NCBI GenBank assembly: GCA_039715015.1
Contig: JBDLIE010000007.1
Location: 23,402-87,401, forward strand
Origin: Thermodesulfobacteriota bacterium
GTDB lineage: Bacteria > Desulfobacterota > Desulfobulbia > Desulfobulbales > SURF-16
Direction: 5' to 3'
DNA length: 64,000 nucleotides
Of the stretch, positions 60,167 to 64,000 are shown piece after piece. Every line of letters starts with the position of its first letter. Within the stretch, counting starts at the first letter, position 1. The notes beneath the pieces are model-generated. The model saw nothing but the letters and a program-made list of their open reading frames with translations, was not told the DNA's origin and searched no databases. The position numbers were made by a program, and so were the translations under genes.

Positions 60167-61240
60167 TTAGACGCCGTCATTATTAAAAGCAAAGCTCTCG
60201 GGATGGCGGAGGGCGATGTCGCAGCTTTGCATCGCTAAAATTTCGATACTGCCCGCCAGGCTGTGCTTATAAGGATTCGGCAAAATTTCCAAACCGCCCC
60301 AAAGGCCAACAAGTAAATCTTGCCAATTTCCAAAAAAAACATCCCCACTGCTCACCTGGTTGGTGACGCCAGTTTTGTAGCCGTTCAACGAATTTTGGTT
60401 TTTGGGACCTTCATCCCAAACCATAACCCCTGACCCGCTGAATTTTTCAGTCGTTCTCAGGCTGCCGCGCATGGAAGGCTCGACAAGATAGCCAGAGTTA
60501 GAAAGCAAGGTGTTGTTGTCAACGGCCACTGCGGTCTCCATTGCCACAATCTCAGGCCAGGTTGGCACGGCAGCGGCGAAGAAGGTTGGGGTATTAATAC
60601 CCGCAGTATTCGCAATACCAGTAGGCTGGCCAGAGGTACCAGAGCCATAAAGGGCAGCCAGATCGATGGCGGCGGCTATACCTTCCGCGAGGTCATTCCG
60701 AATCATATTTTCAACATCAAAGGATGCCTGGATTAAAAGTTGCCGGGTGGCGATGCTATACGCACCGAGTGATTTCGGGGTCAGGGTAACCTGATCAAAA
60801 GCGGGCTCGCTTTGGGCCGCATCACCGCCTTCACTGACAATCCAGGTAGCGGCGCTTCCACTGGTTTTACGTGGAATGGCCACATTGCCGGTAAGGTCTG
60901 ACAAGATGGTGGCACCCATGCCCATGACCACGGACTGGTTGCGCAACACATCGATAAAGGAACCGGAAAGGAGATTATTGGCCACCAGATGCCCACCCGC
61001 AGTAGTGACACCCACGGATAAATCTCTGGCAAACAAAACATCGTTTGGGACCATCAGGCCGCGAGGACTAATCCCCGCCTGTTTTGCTGCGGCGGCAGAG
61101 CACTCAAGCTCAAAGCCAGCAGCGTCCCGATATTTCAAAGGTTCAATTTGAGCCAGAATGGCCCGGCAAAATGAATATTTTTTTGCCTCGGCATTGTTCA
61201 GGCCAATACCACGATAGTTAATATTTGCTAATTTCGTCAT
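60167..61240 (-). CDS. HK97-fold phage major capsid protein (stand-alone)
   Basis: AGGHLV, FIDVLRN, FDQVTLTPK, AIDLAALYGSGTSGQPTGI, FFGNW, DIALRHPESF; GAGGA RBS. Confidence 0.9.
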   Translation of the reverse strand: MTKLANINYRGIGLNNAEAKKYSFCRAILAQIEPLKYRDAAGFELECSAAAAKQAGISPRGLMVPNDVLFARDLSVGVTTAGGHLVANNLLSGSFIDVLRNQSVVMGMGATILSDLTGNVAIPRKTSGSAATWIVSEGGDAAQSEPAFDQVTLTPKSLGAYSIATRQLLIQASFDVENMIRNDLAEGIAAAIDLAALYGSGTSGQPTGIANTAGINTPTFFAAAVPTWPEIVAMETAVAVDNNTLLSNSGYLVEPSMRGSLRTTEKFSGSGVMVWDEGPKNQNSLNGYKTGVTNQVSSGDVFFGNWQDLLVGLWGGLEILPNPYKHSLAGSIEILAMQSCDIALRHPESFAFNNDGV

Positions 61241-61452
61241 GGATATATCCTCAATTAAAAAAATTGCCGCGACAGGCTTCGGCGGATGGATTCCGTGACA
61301 GGCCCGGAATATATAAAAGCGGCTTCAGGAGGGGGGGCCAATCTGGTTCCTACAGATTGACACTGCCGAGGCCACAATCCCCGAGAGCTAGATTCCCCCC
61401 ACCTTTAGCCTTTGACCAGGGACAGGAGGCCTGTCCACCTGGCCTTGGTCAA

Positions 61453-61722
61453 TCAAGTATTATGCGTCATCTTCTTGGAGTATCCCTGCCAGCGCTTGAC
61501 AAACGCCCGGCGATAAAAACTAAGCTCTTTAAGGGGGTACTGGTTGGCGACCTCCAGATCAAAAATTCTTTCTAAAATTTTTGTCAAAGATTCCGAGTTA
61601 TCAATGGTCCCCACCGAGGCACGGATCTGCGGTGTGCAACTACAGGCATGGCGGACTGGATCGCGCCGGGCAGGACACCATAGTTTATGGATTTTTTCAC
61701 CATTGGCCGTTGTCATTTTCAA
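61453..61722 (-). CDS. Hypothetical protein of the satellite
   Basis: GGAGG RBS before TTG 61722; co-oriented between rep and capsid. Confidence 0.55.
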   Translation of the reverse strand: MKMTTANGEKIHKLWCPARRDPVRHACSCTPQIRASVGTIDNSESLTKILERIFDLEVANQYPLKELSFYRRAFVKRWQGYSKKMTHNT

Positions 61723-61803
61723 ATTCCTCCCATGGCGGAAAATTCCGCCGCCAAGTCTTATTAGAAGGCTGACCTATCCAGGGTCAGTCCTTCTTTATAT
61801 AGG

Positions 61804-61968
61804 ACAACTGGACAGCTCAGATTAATTATCATGATTGCAGCTACTTACACTATCACCACTAACAACTGGACAGGTTGAGGTGTGGACAGGTCAAACAGCC
61901 TTTCAAATAAGCCTTGAACCTGGCCACTGACATAAGTCTACCCACTGGACAGGCGGTTATTGTACAGG
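61804..61968. repeat. TGGACAG(G) iteron cluster, candidate replication origin
   Basis: ACAACTGGACAG at 61804 and 61862; TGGACAGG at 61883 and 61946; TGTACAGG at 61961; directly downstream of the helicase gene. Confidence 0.65.
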
Positions 61969-63471
61969 TCAAGCAGCGCTCTTTGCCAAATACCTTGGCC
62001 CTACATTGTGGAGCTTGGCCCCTCTTGGTCCGTCCTCAACGACCACCCAACCTCCTTCGGTGGCATCATCCATGAGCTTCTCACTCACCCTCTTTGAGAT
62101 ATTAAATGTGGTCATAAGGAGGTTCCTCAAGGGTGCCTTGGGTATATTGCCGCTGTTATCGCTAATAAGTTCAGCGACCTTTAATGGCTCGATAGACGAC
62201 CCCCGCCAAAGGTCATGGCGAAAGGTGTCCGACCTACGCATAAAAAAATCCGTATTGGGCACTGGCCCATATCGCAATTTATCAACCGTGAGCTTTACAA
62301 ACTTTCCATGCTCACCTTCCGGCGTCTTGGCTGGTGACAGGACAAGGACACTTGCTGCCCAGTCACGTTTGGCCCCGGCACCGCGCATACTGTTTTGCTG
62401 ATGTTGGCTGGTCCCGGCGTATTTAGGTTGGTGGTCAGAGATAACCAGACCGAACCCATGCTTTTCAGCCACACGCTTTATTTGATCCAGGGCCCGCCGC
62501 ACCCCACCATTGTCATTTTCGTCGGCGCTAAAAAAAGATAGAAACGGATCAATGATAACAAGGTCCGCATCACATTTGACCACCTCTTCGCCTATGACCT
62601 GGCAAGCATTGCCACCCTCAGCCAGGTCTATGGATTCTATAACGTGGGCGACGTATATATTCCCAAGGGCTTGCTGGGCCTTTGCAGGGCTGGCAAAAGA
62701 ATAATCGTCAAGCATCGCCTTAAGGCGCTGTTGAAAAAATTGAGGCGGCAGCTCTGCCTGGACAATAAGGACCTTTAAAGGCCTGCCAACCACCCATTTA
62801 AGAACATCCAAACCACTGGCAGCCCGAAAGGCGAAATCAACCAAAAAAGCCGTTTTACCGGCTCCCCCGGCCCCGGCTATCATCAAGCCTTCACCTGGGA
62901 CAAGAAGGGCATCTCGAGGGCTGCCTATTAAGGGTTCTATTTTGCCAAAACTGTGATTTAAAAAATCCTGACAACAATAGATTTGAGTTGGTGAAGGTCC
63001 GACATACTCACAGGCAAGCATTCTGGGCAGCTCAGCATCACAAAGGGCATCCAGCTTCCCGAGGACATCGAACAGAGGCCTATTCCCTACCTCGGCTTCA
63101 TGAGCCATCTTTGCAATCTCGGCCCGTATATATCTTTCTTTTATTTTCTCGGCATGGTCCGGGCCAAATCCACTTGCGAGGACAGCGTCGGGGGCCTCAG
63201 CAATCCAGGCCATGAGCTTCATATCATGGCCGCAGGCCTTGGAGGCCGCTACAATATCAACGGGAACCCCATCCCTAAGGAGTTCTTGGCAAATCCGATA
63301 TGCCTGCTTCGCGTAGTTGCCGACCAGACTCTTATCATCCACCGTGCTCAATAATTTTTTTTGCTTATCTACCGACCTTGAACGGATGACCGCGCCAATA
63401 AACGCCTGCTCGTCATCGGTTGCCTGATGCAGATATGATTGAGAATATGGCAGCTGCATTAGGGGGGTCAT
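61969..63471 (-). CDS. Replication helicase (DnaB-N-like + AAA_25/RepA-type ATPase)
   Basis: EQAFIGAVI N-terminus; Walker A GAGGAGKT; Walker B LVIIDP; DHQPK, RGAGA, KLRYG. Confidence 0.85.
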   Translation of the reverse strand: MTPLMQLPYSQSYLHQATDDEQAFIGAVIRSRSVDKQKKLLSTVDDKSLVGNYAKQAYRICQELLRDGVPVDIVAASKACGHDMKLMAWIAEAPDAVLASGFGPDHAEKIKERYIRAEIAKMAHEAEVGNRPLFDVLGKLDALCDAELPRMLACEYVGPSPTQIYCCQDFLNHSFGKIEPLIGSPRDALLVPGEGLMIAGAGGAGKTAFLVDFAFRAASGLDVLKWVVGRPLKVLIVQAELPPQFFQQRLKAMLDDYSFASPAKAQQALGNIYVAHVIESIDLAEGGNACQVIGEEVVKCDADLVIIDPFLSFFSADENDNGGVRRALDQIKRVAEKHGFGLVISDHQPKYAGTSQHQQNSMRGAGAKRDWAASVLVLSPAKTPEGEHGKFVKLTVDKLRYGPVPNTDFFMRRSDTFRHDLWRGSSIEPLKVAELISDNSGNIPKAPLRNLLMTTFNISKRVSEKLMDDATEGGWVVVEDGPRGAKLHNVGPRYLAKSAA

Positions 63472-63809
63472 TCCCTTATACGCCTTTTAGATTTACCACG
63501 GGACTTATCGAGTTGGTCACGTAGTGGTGGCCTCATTTCTTTATATCGAGCCTTAACCACAACGGTGCGCGCTGCCAGAAAATGCGCCAGCTCGTACTTG
63601 TCATAGAAAACCGTCCTGCCATTGAACACGTATTTGGTTGGCGTTTCTACCTCCTGGTCACAGTCAAGGTTTGCCATTGTCCTCGGCTCCATCGCACCAC
63701 CAGAAAAAACGCCTACTTTTTTTCGGGCGACAGATTCGCTTTGCCAGTTATCCACTGCTCGTTGCCAGATCGGGGGAAGGGGCTGGGAGTTTGGCGTTTT
63801 ATCATCCAT
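63468..63809 (-). CDS. AlpA/excisionase-like DNA-binding protein
   Basis: VARKKVGVFSGGAMEPRTMANLD...GRTVFY...LAHFL pattern; ATGA overlap with the helicase gene. Confidence 0.65.
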   Translation of the reverse strand: MDDKTPNSQPLPPIWQRAVDNWQSESVARKKVGVFSGGAMEPRTMANLDCDQEVETPTKYVFNGRTVFYDKYELAHFLAARTVVVKARYKEMRPPLRDQLDKSRGKSKRRIRE

Positions 63810-64000
63810 CGCAAAAAATCTCCCTTGATTTCTTATGATCCAACACCCTTAAAAAATATTTTGCAAGAATAAAATTAGACGCATATACTTGATATTGCGA
63901 GTTAATAACAACACCCTCAAGCACAACTTGATCAACCTTGTGGTCAAGTTCCGGCTTTCAAAATGATGAAATTCAGGCTCTATTACAACGAAAAGTCGCA

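Larger units (their letters stand above)
55688..64000. mobile_element. tRNA-Pro-integrated phage satellite (PICI-like); right end beyond the window
   Basis: att fragment, tyrosine integrase, TA cargo, Nu1-like gene, capsid, iterons, helicase, AlpA/Xis-like gene; no tail, portal or TerL seen. Confidence 0.8.

Overview
Chromosomal window from a probable Desulfobacterota (Desulfobulbales-like) anaerobe, inferred from gene content. 1-30 kb is mostly housekeeping (TPR protein, DegT aminotransferase, rpoH, lepA, K+ channel, SBP + hybrid kinase, hydantoinase B, yihA, hisG/hisI, FKBP, thiD, cutA, coaX, LD-carboxypeptidase, plsC, DUF748, nitroreductase, prmA-like, 3D protein), with a small accessory patch after lepA (RHH/coiled-coil pair, lipoprotein protease, REP doublet). 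30.4-54.8 kb is a ~25 kb respiratory/regulatory island. It holds three NrfD/HybB-type membrane anchors, two Tat Fe-S proteins, a triheme and a pentaheme cytochrome c, an HmcD-like protein, two Cys-tailed MerR regulators, two FtsH paralogues, two sigma54 activators and two kinases, but no catalytic reductase subunit. I read five sigma54 -24/-12 promoters and two families of upstream activator palindromes there. One promoter appears to drive an unannotated ~80-nt terminated sRNA with an anti-Shine-Dalgarno seed complementary to the RBS of one NrfD paralogue. From 55.7 kb to the window end is an element integrated at the 3' end of tRNA-Pro(GGG) that looks like a cos-type phage satellite (PICI-like). 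It has an integrase with two tandem arm-binding domains behind four repeated arm-like sites, HicAB plus a third gene, a minimal Nu1-like terminase domain beside a lambda-like cosQ motif, a stand-alone major capsid protein, iterons, a helicase and an AlpA/Xis-like protein. All calls are by eye; no database searches were run.
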